Below, one piece after another: positions 37,780 through 47,876 of a stretch of DNA of 64,000 bases (position 1 is the stretch's first letter; the number at the start of each line of letters is the position of its first letter). The notes under the pieces are model-generated. The model ran no database searches. It saw only the letters and a program-made list of their open reading frames with translations, and was not told the origin of the DNA. The DNA is taken from the NCBI GenBank assembly GCA_051382335.1, contig JBBCAX010000084.1, forward strand, positions 1 to 64,000, in the 5' to 3' direction. The stretch comes from Deltaproteobacteria bacterium TL4. GTDB taxonomy: Bacteria; SAR324; NAC60-12. The position numbers were made by a program, and so were the translations under genes.

Positions 37780-39423
37780 TTAATCGAATTGAAACAACGA
37801 ATGATTTATATCATCCGGAATCTCTTGTCCCAGCAAAACATAATTAGTTGCCGCAATGTGACTGAGATTCAAGGGTTTTTCGGTACTCGGTTGAAGGAGT
37901 TGATAGTCTCCCTGATATAAAGGATCATAAATGATAAACGGAACAGGATTGATCGAGTGTTTGGTATTGGGCTCCCACTCCTTCTTTTTTGAATTAAAAC
38001 TCAGCATTTCATCCGCATTACCGTGATCCGCGGTAATCACCAGCAACCCGGATACCTGGGCAATGGCGTCTACAATTTCAGTCAGCGCACGGTCTACAAC
38101 TTCTACCGCTTTTATGGTCGCCTGCATATTCCCAGAGTGTCCCACCATGTCAGCATTGGCAAAATTAATCAAACCATAATCATACTGCTTGGAGGAAATT
38201 AAACGAACCGCCTGTTGAGCGATTTCGGCGGCTTTCATTTCAGGCTTCAAATCAAAGGAGGGAACTTTATCAGAATCGATTAAGTAATATTTTTCCCTGA
38301 CCGGGTCAAGGGGTTCGCGATAGCCACCATTGAAGAAGAAAGTCACATGCGGAAATTTTTGGGTTTCCGTTAAGCGGAATTGGGTCAGGCCTGCTTCAAA
38401 AATCCGTTTTCCAAAAGGTCGATCCACCTTGGTTGCGCCAACAATATGTTCTGGAGGCATCTGGGTATCCTGGTCATAGACCGTCATGCCCGCGAAGAGG
38501 ATCTTAGGTCGTGGCGATCGGTCAAAGTAGGGAAACTCGTCTTCAACCATTGCTCTGGTAAATTCAATCGCACGGTCCGCACGAAAGTTGACGGAAATTA
38601 CAGCATGTTGATCTTGAATAGGGGCAATCGGTTTTCCCTGCCGCGTCAAGACAAACCCTGGAATGGCTTGATCAATCAAATGGGGCTGTGCTTGACGAAA
38701 ATGACGTATCGCCGCTTCAATGGATTCAAATTGATGCTCCGCAACACCACGAACATGCACATTCCACCCGGCCTCGATTCGACGCCAGTCTTGGTCTCGA
38801 TCCATGGTGATGATCTCACGCCCGCCGCCACTGGCAAAGGCATAATCAAGCGCCGCGTTTTGAGCATGCAGCTCATGAAAAAGTTTTTCCAATTGCGAGG
38901 TGTACTTCAAGGCGGACTGAATAGCCACGTCCCGGCCATCCAGCAAGGGATGGACATACAGTTTTTGAACACCTGAACGGAAAGCATGTTGGATGATTGC
39001 AATAAAATGATCCATATGACTATGAATGTTTCCGTCCGACAACAAGCCAATCAAGTGTAAAGGCACCTGATGCTCCAGACAATTACGGATCAATTTTTCC
39101 AAAACCGAACTTTTAAAGAACTCACCACTTTGAATGAGGTTTTGGATATGAGTCGGTCCTTGCTCAATGATTTTGCCCGCTCCCATGGTCATATGCCCGA
39201 CTTCCGACCCACCCATGTCATTTTCACTGGGCAAGCCCACGAAATGACCATGGGTGAACAGTTGCGTGGACGGACAAGTTTTGATTAATCGGTTCATCAG
39301 GGGGATTGAGGCTTGATGAATCGCATTGGTATGATCCGAGGCCCCCAGGCCCCAACCATCAAGAACAACATTAATCAAAGGACCGCGGTTCCGAAATAAC
39401 GCTGCTAGTTTTGAAGGAGTCAT
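37780..39423 (-). CDS. gpmI: 2,3-bisphosphoglycerate-independent phosphoglycerate mutase
   Basis: LDGWG, SEVGH, DGRD, NADMVGH, TADHGN. Confidence 0.96.
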   Translation of the reverse strand: MTPSKLAALFRNRGPLINVVLDGWGLGASDHTNAIHQASIPLMNRLIKTCPSTQLFTHGHFVGLPSENDMGGSEVGHMTMGAGKIIEQGPTHIQNLIQSGEFFKSSVLEKLIRNCLEHQVPLHLIGLLSDGNIHSHMDHFIAIIQHAFRSGVQKLYVHPLLDGRDVAIQSALKYTSQLEKLFHELHAQNAALDYAFASGGGREIITMDRDQDWRRIEAGWNVHVRGVAEHQFESIEAAIRHFRQAQPHLIDQAIPGFVLTRQGKPIAPIQDQHAVISVNFRADRAIEFTRAMVEDEFPYFDRSPRPKILFAGMTVYDQDTQMPPEHIVGATKVDRPFGKRIFEAGLTQFRLTETQKFPHVTFFFNGGYREPLDPVREKYYLIDSDKVPSFDLKPEMKAAEIAQQAVRLISSKQYDYGLINFANADMVGHSGNMQATIKAVEVVDRALTEIVDAIAQVSGLLVITADHGNADEMLSFNSKKKEWEPNTKHSINPVPFIIYDPLYQGDYQLLQPSTEKPLNLSHIAATNYVLLGQEIPDDINHSLFQFD

Positions 39424-39459
39424 GAATATTCCTGTGAGTGAGTGGTTGTTACAAGATAC

Positions 39460-40221
39460 TTATTTTGCGACAGCGACGGGTTCATGGATGTTTACAATTT
39501 TTTCTTGAGGCAAATGTTCATGAAAGTAAGCTAGTGCCTGTTTCAAATAAGCCTGGTCTCTTGATTCGAGGGTCAACTTCAAAGTATAGGCTTTCTTCCA
39601 GGGCACAGGATAGGAGCCCAGTAATAATTCAGGAAACTTTTCCATGGCTGTGTCCAAGATATGGGCAATATAGCTTTCATCTTCCCGTAAAAAGATTTCT
39701 TCTAAAAAGATAGGATCTTGTTGGAAAAGATCTTTAATTGCCGCAAATTTATCCTGTAACAACTCAGGAATTCCTGGAAACATAAAGATGTTACGGAATT
39801 GAGCTTGAGGGTAGAGCAATTTCCCGTTGCTGAGAAGCACGGTGCCTTCCGGCACACGGGCCATCCGGAGGTGCTCCGGGGTCAGCTTGCCCTTATAATA
39901 ATTTTCCAAAAGTTGAACCAGTTCCGGGGCTTCAATCAACACCACACCAAAGGCCTTCGCAATTGCGGGAACTGTCACATCATCATGCGTAGGCCCAATT
40001 CCACCGCTGGTAAAAACCCAGGTGAATTGTTCGGAACATTCCTTAACGACGGGTCCAATCACCTCAAACTCATCAGGAATCGTAATGATTCTTTGCAGAT
40101 CAACTCCCAGAAACCGTAATTCTTTACACAAATAAGCAGAATTGGTGTCTTTTACTTTTCCTGACAAAATTTCATTCCCGATAATCACGGTTGCTGCAGT
40201 AACGTGTTGTTGACTTTTCAT
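39460..40221 (-). CDS. CinA-like molybdopterin-binding-domain protein
   Basis: IGNEILSG..DTN, GGIGPTHDD, PGIP. Confidence 0.88.
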   Translation of the reverse strand: MKSQQHVTAATVIIGNEILSGKVKDTNSAYLCKELRFLGVDLQRIITIPDEFEVIGPVVKECSEQFTWVFTSGGIGPTHDDVTVPAIAKAFGVVLIEAPELVQLLENYYKGKLTPEHLRMARVPEGTVLLSNGKLLYPQAQFRNIFMFPGIPELLQDKFAAIKDLFQQDPIFLEEIFLREDESYIAHILDTAMEKFPELLLGSYPVPWKKAYTLKLTLESRDQAYLKQALAYFHEHLPQEKIVNIHEPVAVAK

Positions 40222-42229
40222 GCGTTCCTTCTAGTGCGTTTGATTGTTCATGTTCGTCTTTCCCAGGATCCAGTCGCTGACGCAGTAATAGGTGAAATCC
40301 CCAAGGTGTTTCCACAATATCACTCACTTCTCCATACTTCAAACGATAAATAACTTTCTCAAATGATGACTCTAACGTACCTTTTGCCAAAATACCAGAA
40401 GTTCCGTCAGCTCGAGTGGCAGGCGCATCCGAGTAGGCTTTAACCAAGGTCTTAAAATTGAGTTGAGCTTCATCCCTAATCAATGCTTGATAGCGCTCGG
40501 TTTGCTCTATTCCCAAGTTTTGGATCAAAGCGTCCCTCAGCTCATCCTCATCCTGGTACTCCCGATCTTTCAGCCTATTGAGCTTCAACAACATCTGAAA
40601 AAAATCGCCTTCTTTCCTTATTTGCGACAAGACCTGAGCATCCATCTGAAATCCTGAAGAGCTATGGGCGTACTTAAAAATCAGGGAGCGATATTGTTGC
40701 AGCTCTTCCTTTCCCAGAATTTCTGTCAAGGTTCGGACAAAGCTTTCCTCGTTGGTATATTTTTGTTTCTCTATGGTTTTTAATTTTAAGAGCACATCAT
40801 AGAAATTACCGTGATTTTTAATATCTTCCAAGGCTTGCTCCGTCAACTTATATCGGATTCCCATAAATGCGAATTTCAATAAAGAGGTACGGTATGCTTC
40901 GGTTTGTTCACTTCCCAAAATCGTCTCAGCAGCACATAGAAAATCAGTGTCATCATAATAGATCTGAGTCTCGGCAAGTTGAACCGCACGTATTTTTTCC
41001 TCGGAAATCCGATTCTGTTCCAAGAAGTTCTGAACCTTGGAAGTGAAGCGGTATCCCACAGAGTTTTGCAACAGTTGTTTCAGTTGTGTTGCTTGAAGCA
41101 GTGCTTCCGCTCTGCTGCGTGTCTGGTCAGAACCCCACGCTCCCTGGTAGGTGATTAACAAGTGATGAAATTGATAAAATCTCAAAGGGACCCGCTTCAG
41201 GATGACATATCCTAAGGGACTATCATAAGGAGCACTAACCTGTCCCTCTTTTAAAACAAGCGCCTTGCTTAAGAAATGGGGTAAGGGGGTTTCCTCAGCG
41301 CGCAGCGTTGGAATTCGGGTGAATTGAGGCAAATCCGTATAGCGCTCGATCAGTTCCTCAAAATCAGTTTCTGGTTGTCGAGCCAACTCCACTAAACGCT
41401 TGGCGATGCTCCAGGCGGCTTTCTTGTCATAAATGGCGTGAAATCTTGATATTCGAACCCCCTGATAACCAATAACCAGCAGACTTAAGGCTATCGGAGA
41501 GGTCATGGGTTGATTCGCTTGCGGGATGCGTGAAGGCTCAGGTTCATTGAGCGCTGGGGATAATTCTTTTTCAAGCTGTGTGATGAGACCACCCGGTGTC
41601 TGTGTCGGGTGTAAAACCGTTTCCACTTCAAATTGACGAGCCAGGGTGCCTTTTCGAAGAATGACCACCTTTTCCAGTTGATCTCCCTGCTCCAAGACTT
41701 TCAGAACAGCCATTCCCCCAACAACTTTTCCAAAAACAGTATGTTGTTGATTAAAAGAGGGAAGGGGTTTGAGGGTAATAAAAAACTGGCTTCCATGGGC
41801 ATCCGGCCCCATGTGAATCGTTGACAGCATTCCAGGCGTATTGAAGGTCAAATCAGAGCGAAATTCATCCAGGATTTGATAACCAGGTCCGCCTAATCCG
41901 GTTGCCGAAGGATCCCCTCCTTGAACGAGCTGCTCCTTGACCACTCGGTGAAACGTCAAACCATCGTAAAATCGAGTTTTGTTAATGCTCGAAGTCAAAG
42001 CGTTATGCCACTCCACCTTTCCTTCAGCCAAGGCGATGAAGTTGGCTACTGTACGTGGGGTTTTATCATAAAACAACTCAAACAGGATCGCTCCTTTGCT
42101 GGTAACCATTTTTGCAAAGAGGCCTTCTGACAACGCTTGAGCGAGACTCAACGTCCCTGAAAAGAAAACCAGTAACAGGGACATTCCCAGTTTAGCTCCA
42201 ATGCTTTTCTGAAATTTCTCCACGTTCAC
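40172..42229 (-). CDS. Cyclophilin-parvulin fusion PPIase paralogue with repeat insertion
   Basis: Signal peptide, degenerate cyclophilin domain, two parvulin-like domains, three 67-aa repeats. Confidence 0.85.
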   Translation of the reverse strand: MNVEKFQKSIGAKLGMSLLLVFFSGTLSLAQALSEGLFAKMVTSKGAILFELFYDKTPRTVANFIALAEGKVEWHNALTSSINKTRFYDGLTFHRVVKEQLVQGGDPSATGLGGPGYQILDEFRSDLTFNTPGMLSTIHMGPDAHGSQFFITLKPLPSFNQQHTVFGKVVGGMAVLKVLEQGDQLEKVVILRKGTLARQFEVETVLHPTQTPGGLITQLEKELSPALNEPEPSRIPQANQPMTSPIALSLLVIGYQGVRISRFHAIYDKKAAWSIAKRLVELARQPETDFEELIERYTDLPQFTRIPTLRAEETPLPHFLSKALVLKEGQVSAPYDSPLGYVILKRVPLRFYQFHHLLITYQGAWGSDQTRSRAEALLQATQLKQLLQNSVGYRFTSKVQNFLEQNRISEEKIRAVQLAETQIYYDDTDFLCAAETILGSEQTEAYRTSLLKFAFMGIRYKLTEQALEDIKNHGNFYDVLLKLKTIEKQKYTNEESFVRTLTEILGKEELQQYRSLIFKYAHSSSGFQMDAQVLSQIRKEGDFFQMLLKLNRLKDREYQDEDELRDALIQNLGIEQTERYQALIRDEAQLNFKTLVKAYSDAPATRADGTSGILAKGTLESSFEKVIYRLKYGEVSDIVETPWGFHLLLRQRLDPGKDEHEQSNALEGTHEKSTTRYCSNRDYRE

Positions 42230-42265
42230 GACTCTAGGAAGATGGATTCCGTCACACCAAGGACC

Positions 42266-43606
42266 TTACTCTTCACGTTTAATGATATGATACCCAAAAG
42301 GAGTTTCGATTAGAGAGGGATTCACCCCCGCTTTCATTTGAAACACAGCGTTTTCAAAGGCAGGTACCATTTGTCCACGGGCAAACGAACCTAATTCTCC
42401 TCCTGACTTGGCAGACGGTCCGTCCGAATATTGTTTGGCCAATTCCGCGAAATCCTTTCCGGCCAGGGCATTTTTCAAGACTTCTTCCGCTCGTTGTTTG
42501 GCCTCAGCTTTACTGCGACTTTGCTGTGACCGCATGGCCCCTTTATAGGCGACTAAAATATGACTGGCTTTCGCAAGTTCCAAGGTTGTCCGTTTAAAAA
42601 TTAAATATCCAATATGAGAGTCCACCGGATCACTGATTTGGCCTTGTTTCAAAACAAAGGTCCCTTGGAGAAAAGGGGGAAGTTTATCATCTGATTTTCG
42701 AAGCACGGGGATTTGAGGTTTGTCAGGCAAGTCAGAGTACTCTTTGACTAAATTCATAAAGTCGACCCCTTCGGTTCGGGCAAGGGTTACCAATTTTTTA
42801 GCAACTTCCAAGGCGCCTGCTTTTTCATAATAAATGTTTGATTTTGGAATACGAACCCCTTTGTACCCAATCACAAGCATTTCCAAGGAGACTTCCTCAG
42901 CCTCAGGCTGACCTGGTTGAGGGACCCGTGCCGGATCAATTTTTCCTTTGGGTTCCGGTACCGTTTTTTTGTTTTTTTCTGCTAACTTTTCCATCTGCTT
43001 TTGGACTTCTTGTTCCACCTTCGTCACATCAAAAGCCTTGGCGGCCCGTCCTTCTCGTATAATTTTCACCTGCTTCAGCAAATCTCCTTTTTGAATCTTA
43101 TAGACCACCTCCATCCCGTCTATCACTTCTCCAAAAATCGAGTGCTTTTCGTCTAACCAGGGTGTCGGTTTATGCGTAATAAAAAACTGGCTGCCATTAG
43201 TATTCGGACCTGCGTTCGCCATGGATAAAATTCCAGGTTTGTCATGTTTCAGGTCTTTGTGGAATTCGTCAGGAAATTGATATCCGGGTCCTCCCATCCC
43301 TGTTCCCAAAGGATCACCTCCTTGAACCATAAAGTCGCGAATGACTCGATGAAAGGTGAGTCCGTCATAAAATTTAGTTTTTTTAGGCGCATTGGTAATG
43401 GGGTCAATCCATGATTTGATTCCTTCCGCAAGACCCACAAAATTCGCTACGGTTTGAGGAACTTTGTCATAAAACAATTTTAAGGTGATCGTCCCTTTGG
43501 ATGTTTCCATTTGAGCATACATCCCCTCTTCCAGTTTCAGCTCACTAGCCATCCCCCCTTGGGAAATCAAAACAAAGAAAAATATTAAAAGTAAACGCCA
43601 GTTCAT
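42266..43606 (-). CDS. Periplasmic cyclophilin-parvulin fusion PPIase
   Basis: [34 protein letters not shown]..., [14 protein letters not shown]. Confidence 0.93.
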   Translation of the reverse strand: MNWRLLLIFFFVLISQGGMASELKLEEGMYAQMETSKGTITLKLFYDKVPQTVANFVGLAEGIKSWIDPITNAPKKTKFYDGLTFHRVIRDFMVQGGDPLGTGMGGPGYQFPDEFHKDLKHDKPGILSMANAGPNTNGSQFFITHKPTPWLDEKHSIFGEVIDGMEVVYKIQKGDLLKQVKIIREGRAAKAFDVTKVEQEVQKQMEKLAEKNKKTVPEPKGKIDPARVPQPGQPEAEEVSLEMLVIGYKGVRIPKSNIYYEKAGALEVAKKLVTLARTEGVDFMNLVKEYSDLPDKPQIPVLRKSDDKLPPFLQGTFVLKQGQISDPVDSHIGYLIFKRTTLELAKASHILVAYKGAMRSQQSRSKAEAKQRAEEVLKNALAGKDFAELAKQYSDGPSAKSGGELGSFARGQMVPAFENAVFQMKAGVNPSLIETPFGYHIIKREE

Positions 43607-43697
43607 AATTGCACCTCAAAAAAAATTAATAGTAGCCATGTACGTTAAAACTATAAAGCGAGATCCTTTGGCTCAAGCATATCGCTGCTTTTTTGGC

Positions 43698-45377
43698 TTA
43701 CCCCAGAACTTCACTCAGAAGTGAGGGGATAATCACACGCAGTGCCAATATTTCTTCGGCCCCTTCAAAAATCGTTAACACTCGTGCATCTTGAAAATAA
43801 CGAGATACCGCAAATTCCTCAGCGTATCCCATTCCACCGTGAAGCTGTAAGGCTTCCCGCGTAACCCACTCCGCCTGTCGACACGCCAGGAGTTTGACCA
43901 TTGACGCTTCAATCTGTCCTTGATTCCGGTTCATTAACTTCGCCGCTTTGTAAGTTAACTGCCGACAAGCCTGAATGATCATGGCCATCCTCGCAATTTT
44001 GAGCTGACTGAGACCATACTCCAACAAGGGTTTTCCAAAAACATAACGATCTTTAGCATATTGCGTCCCTGCTTCATATGCCGCCTGCATCAAACCTAGA
44101 GCGCGTGCCGCCGTCTGCAGCCGTCCTCCGGAGAATCCGGCCATTTGCATATAAAATCCTTTTCCCAAACCTTCCTTACCTCCGATTTGGTTTTCCGCGA
44201 GAACAAAGTAGTTTTCGAAGTTCACTTCGTATGAATGCATTCCCCGGTATCCCATCGTGGCGATCGCCCGTCCGGAAATATGCCCGCCTCCGGGCTGGGT
44301 ATGTTCAAAGTCATGTCCTTCAAATGTCGGTTTTTCCGCGATAAATAAAGACAACCCTTTGTGCGTTAACGCAGGATCTTCTTCCGATCGTGCGAGAACC
44401 ATCAAAATATCGGCTCTTCCGGCAAAAGTACACCAGGTTTTTACCCCATTGATGAGCCAGCCGCCTTCAGTCGGTCTAGCGGTTACCGTAATTCCCGCGA
44501 CATCGGAACCATGATTGGGCTCTGTGACCGCAACAGCGGCAAAACGTTCTCCTGTTGCTAATAAAGGCAACCATTTTTGTTTTTGTGCCTCAGTTCCCCC
44601 TTTAAGCAAGGCCTTCGATAAAATTTCAGGTCGGGTGATCAAACTGCCGATAATCATGGCACCCCGAGAGAGTTCTTCGGTCACAACGACAATACCCACA
44701 TTGTCTTCTTCTTCTGAAAAACCTCCATATTCTGCAGGTATGGAAAGCCCAAAACACCCCTGCTCCACGGCGCCCTTAACAATATTTTTAGGAATCAGCA
44801 GATCTTTACGATGAATTTCCTCAGCATGAGGTTTGACTTCTTTTTCAGCGAAAGCCCGGAACGTATCCATCATCAACCGATGATCCTCACTTAGATTGTA
44901 GGAACCACTGGACTGAAACTGATCCATCACTTTTAGAGTTAAGTGGGCGTATTCAGCACTGGTTGTCTCCTGGATAAATTTCTCGACGACTTTCTGTTGT
45001 TGAAACCGATAGAAGCCATCCAGCTTAACCCCTAACTGCAGTGCACAGGACACCGCTTCCGTTTCAATGGCCTGCAATGTCATCCCCATGTAGCCAATGG
45101 CCAAGGTTTGCTCGACCTCTCCTGTCGTTGCATACTCCGCCATTTCATTTGCCGCCTGCCATTGGGCGTAAAGCATTGCGGACTTATAGGCTTCCTCCTG
45201 ATGTTGATCAATCAACGAAGTGCTGACCCTCCCCTCTTTGGTGGTAAGCTCACGCAAACGCTGTAAAACGTCCTGTAGCAGAGCTCCCCCCTGAACTAAA
45301 AGTTCTTTCCCCACAGCCAAATAAGCTTTTCCATTTGCCGCGCCACTTAACGGACTTGCCTCAATATTCAAATTCAT
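43698..45377 (-). CDS. Acyl-CoA dehydrogenase, (2S)-methylsuccinyl-CoA dehydrogenase-like
   Basis: TEPNHGSD, GYRGM, GRLQTAARA, IFEGAEEI; ~160-aa N-terminal extension. Confidence 0.8.
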   Translation of the reverse strand: MNLNIEASPLSGAANGKAYLAVGKELLVQGGALLQDVLQRLRELTTKEGRVSTSLIDQHQEEAYKSAMLYAQWQAANEMAEYATTGEVEQTLAIGYMGMTLQAIETEAVSCALQLGVKLDGFYRFQQQKVVEKFIQETTSAEYAHLTLKVMDQFQSSGSYNLSEDHRLMMDTFRAFAEKEVKPHAEEIHRKDLLIPKNIVKGAVEQGCFGLSIPAEYGGFSEEEDNVGIVVVTEELSRGAMIIGSLITRPEILSKALLKGGTEAQKQKWLPLLATGERFAAVAVTEPNHGSDVAGITVTARPTEGGWLINGVKTWCTFAGRADILMVLARSEEDPALTHKGLSLFIAEKPTFEGHDFEHTQPGGGHISGRAIATMGYRGMHSYEVNFENYFVLAENQIGGKEGLGKGFYMQMAGFSGGRLQTAARALGLMQAAYEAGTQYAKDRYVFGKPLLEYGLSQLKIARMAMIIQACRQLTYKAAKLMNRNQGQIEASMVKLLACRQAEWVTREALQLHGGMGYAEEFAVSRYFQDARVLTIFEGAEEILALRVIIPSLLSEVLG

Positions 45378-45578
45378 GATACCTCATTAATCACGGTTGT
45401 TTTTGGCGCAAGCAGTCTCAATCCTCACCTACGCTCCCTCGTTGACGGGATGATAAAGTCGTCATGCCCGTTTCTTTGGTTGGACCAGGATGGCCATAAT
45501 GAATTTTTTTCAACTCGAAATGCGTTTTACGTCTCACAACAGTTTCATAAAATAAAAGAGTTCTTGATTGCTTGCAAG

Positions 45579-47237
45579 CTATTCCTGTGCCATGATCGCG
45601 TCAGCAAGTTCAGCGGAAGAACTAAAGCGTTGGGGTGTTTGGGAATTCTTCCACTGCAAATGAAAGTATTCATCTACCATATAGATCCGTCCGACAACGT
45701 GATTTTCAGGATCTTTTAAAACGACAGCATAGCCAGGTTCACCTTCAACAATTTCGGTTGCCAACTCTAATTCATATTGAGAAATTTCGGTTGCCAGATC
45801 CTTCATCGTGCCTAATAATCGATGTGATTGCCTGGCCAGCTTTTGTGTTACTTTTTTGATTTCTTTAAAAGACGCGAATTTTTGGATTCGATCATTCCAT
45901 ACCAAAAAAAATGTTTTTGCATCCGTAAATACAAACGGAATACGTCCCATTTGTCTGGTGATTTCTTGAAGGAGCCCCTCCGTTTCTGGAGGCGTGGAAT
46001 TGGCCAGTCGCTGCAATTGCTCGTCAAACGGATAAACGTTAATTTCCAAATTGAGATCGGCGAGAAATTGATAAAGTTGTTTTTCCTCACCACGTTGCTT
46101 TTCCATGGCTTCTTCAGAAGGATAGAGCGTCTTTCCCTGCGGTAACCGACTAAAAAGATTTCCATCCCGCTGAACCTGTTTTTGCTCAGAAGTATTGGAA
46201 GCAATAAAACTCCCCAGGAACAGCAGAGCCAAAAGCATCAAGGCGCCCATTAATCTTATAAAATTTTTAAACGTCAACGTAGGAGCGGATTTTCGTGAGG
46301 CAGGATGGTGAATTCTATCATCCCTCATGAGTTGAAAAGATTCCTTGAGCATTTCCTTGAAAATAATAGGCTCCTCTCCATAAAAAAGTTGCAGTTGTTG
46401 AATCAATTGTTCGTTTCTTTGCTGGACTAATTTGATTTTATTCAATAATTCAAAACCCTGAGTTCGACGATAGACATCACGAACCGCTTCAACCAAGAGC
46501 GGAATCACAGGGTGCAACGTGAACTCTGTGTCGCTTTGAGTTGCCTCAGCGGCTTTATTCAACTGCCACTGATAAGTTAACTCCGCCTGCAGCAATTTAA
46601 AACATTGCAAGGACACTTGCCACCTGAGGCGGTTAAACATCGGAGGCACCAGTTCTTCTTCCTCAACGGTTTCCGCTTTTTCCTCAGAGGCGGACGACTC
46701 TGGCGGCACCGTCTTTGCGCTTCTACGGTCTGCCTGCGGATGTTTCTTTGCGTCCAGGGATTTCTGTTTCGCTAAAAAAACCTTCCAGGTTTTCTTAAAA
46801 TCGTTCCATATCTTTTGTAATTCGTAACTCAATTGAAACAGTTGATTGAACAACGGAGATATTGTCAAAAAAATCTCAGGTTTATTTTTGCCTAATTGAC
46901 GGGCACTCTTGTGAAACTCTTCCGTTTGACTTTGGAGTTCCGTGATCTGAGCTTCAAGGGCTTTCCACTCAGGCCCACTGATAGGACGTTTGTAATCTTC
47001 CGCGATCGGAAAAGCGAGGATCTCCAGCAACAGCACCTCATTCACCAGGGAATTCAAATCGATTTGTTCCGTTTTCAGAATGAACGTATCGATTTGTTGC
47101 TTAAGCTGCTTCCAGGATGTCTGAAGCTCTCCCGCGGAAATAGCAGAATCCGTTAACCTCAGGATCTCACTAAATTGACCTCCTGAGAGAGACACTAAGG
47201 CAGGCTGGGACACTTGAGAGGATTCTTCAGCAGTCAT
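45579..47237 (-). CDS. Hypothetical single-pass membrane protein
   Basis: Long ORF, helical/coiled-coil N-terminal half, one TM helix (LMGALMLLALLFLGSFI). Confidence 0.75.
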   Translation of the reverse strand: MTAEESSQVSQPALVSLSGGQFSEILRLTDSAISAGELQTSWKQLKQQIDTFILKTEQIDLNSLVNEVLLLEILAFPIAEDYKRPISGPEWKALEAQITELQSQTEEFHKSARQLGKNKPEIFLTISPLFNQLFQLSYELQKIWNDFKKTWKVFLAKQKSLDAKKHPQADRRSAKTVPPESSASEEKAETVEEEELVPPMFNRLRWQVSLQCFKLLQAELTYQWQLNKAAEATQSDTEFTLHPVIPLLVEAVRDVYRRTQGFELLNKIKLVQQRNEQLIQQLQLFYGEEPIIFKEMLKESFQLMRDDRIHHPASRKSAPTLTFKNFIRLMGALMLLALLFLGSFIASNTSEQKQVQRDGNLFSRLPQGKTLYPSEEAMEKQRGEEKQLYQFLADLNLEINVYPFDEQLQRLANSTPPETEGLLQEITRQMGRIPFVFTDAKTFFLVWNDRIQKFASFKEIKKVTQKLARQSHRLLGTMKDLATEISQYELELATEIVEGEPGYAVVLKDPENHVVGRIYMVDEYFHLQWKNSQTPQRFSSSAELADAIMAQE

Positions 47238-47475
47238 AATTCACTTTGATCGAAGTAATTTGAAGCAGTTCTTCCCTGCTCATATCGCTATCTTTTAATA
47301 TTTGGTTTAACAGCCCCGATCCTATAGTTTCCCCTGAATGAACAGGTACTGTGGTACATCTTCCATCCGAATGCTGTAGGAAATGATGACTTCCACGAAT
47401 ACGTATGACATCAAAACCCGCTTTACGTAAGGCTTTGATGAGTTTTTTTCCTGTCAATGATGGAAAGTTACTCAT
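47227..47475 (-). CDS. hicA: HicA-family toxin
   Basis: LRKAGF..IRGSH...TVPVH..G.L..IL. Confidence 0.93.
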   Translation of the reverse strand: MSNFPSLTGKKLIKALRKAGFDVIRIRGSHHFLQHSDGRCTTVPVHSGETIGSGLLNQILKDSDMSREELLQITSIKVNYDC

Positions 47476-47684
47476 ACCTCAACCATCACCCGTTGAATCC
47501 CAATAAAATCGGTCATCTCAGGTTCTTGTTGAACTTCCAGGCAGAGTAAAATAACCTCCTGAATCCGCTTCATCAAGGTATCCATCGATTTTGCCTGAGT
47601 GTGGCATCCCCTTAAAGACGGGACGGAGGCTACCCAGTACCCGTCTCGATCCTTCTCAATCACTACATGAAATTCTCGTTTCAT
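47472..47684 (-). CDS. hicB: Short HicB-family antitoxin
   Basis: VIEKDRDGYWVASVPSLRGCHTQ; no C-terminal DNA-binding domain. Confidence 0.9.
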   Translation of the reverse strand: MKREFHVVIEKDRDGYWVASVPSLRGCHTQAKSMDTLMKRIQEVILLCLEVQQEPEMTDFIGIQRVMVEV

Positions 47685-47707
47685 TTTGTTCCTCTTTTAA
47701 AATTTAT

Positions 47708-47830
47708 GGCTATAGTCATCGTTTCGCCAATGTCCCTTCGACTTCGCTCAGGGAACGCACTCGGAGGCTGAGCGGAGTCGAAGCCGGATTTCAAAGATCG
47801 CTGCCTTTTGGCGAAACGATGACTATAGCC
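47708..47830. mobile_element. 123-bp MITE with 23-bp TIRs and 8-bp target duplication, containing a REP doublet
   Basis: TIR GGCTATAGTCATCGTTTCGCCAA (perfect); AAATTTAT at 47700-47707 and 47831-47838; internal CTTCGACTTCGCTCAG/CTGAGCGGAGTCGAAG. Confidence 0.9.
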
Positions 47831-47846
47831 AAATTTATTCTCAAAA

Positions 47847-47876
47847 CGTACGGGCGAATAATCATTCGCCCGTACG
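47847..47876. repeat. REP-like palindrome
   Basis: CGTACGGGCGAAT-AATC-ATTCGCCCGTACG. Confidence 0.75.

Noticed and set aside
38380..38976. 198-aa plus-strand ORF and the many similar antisense ORFs in the track
   Set aside because: Shadow frames of well-supported genes on the opposite strand
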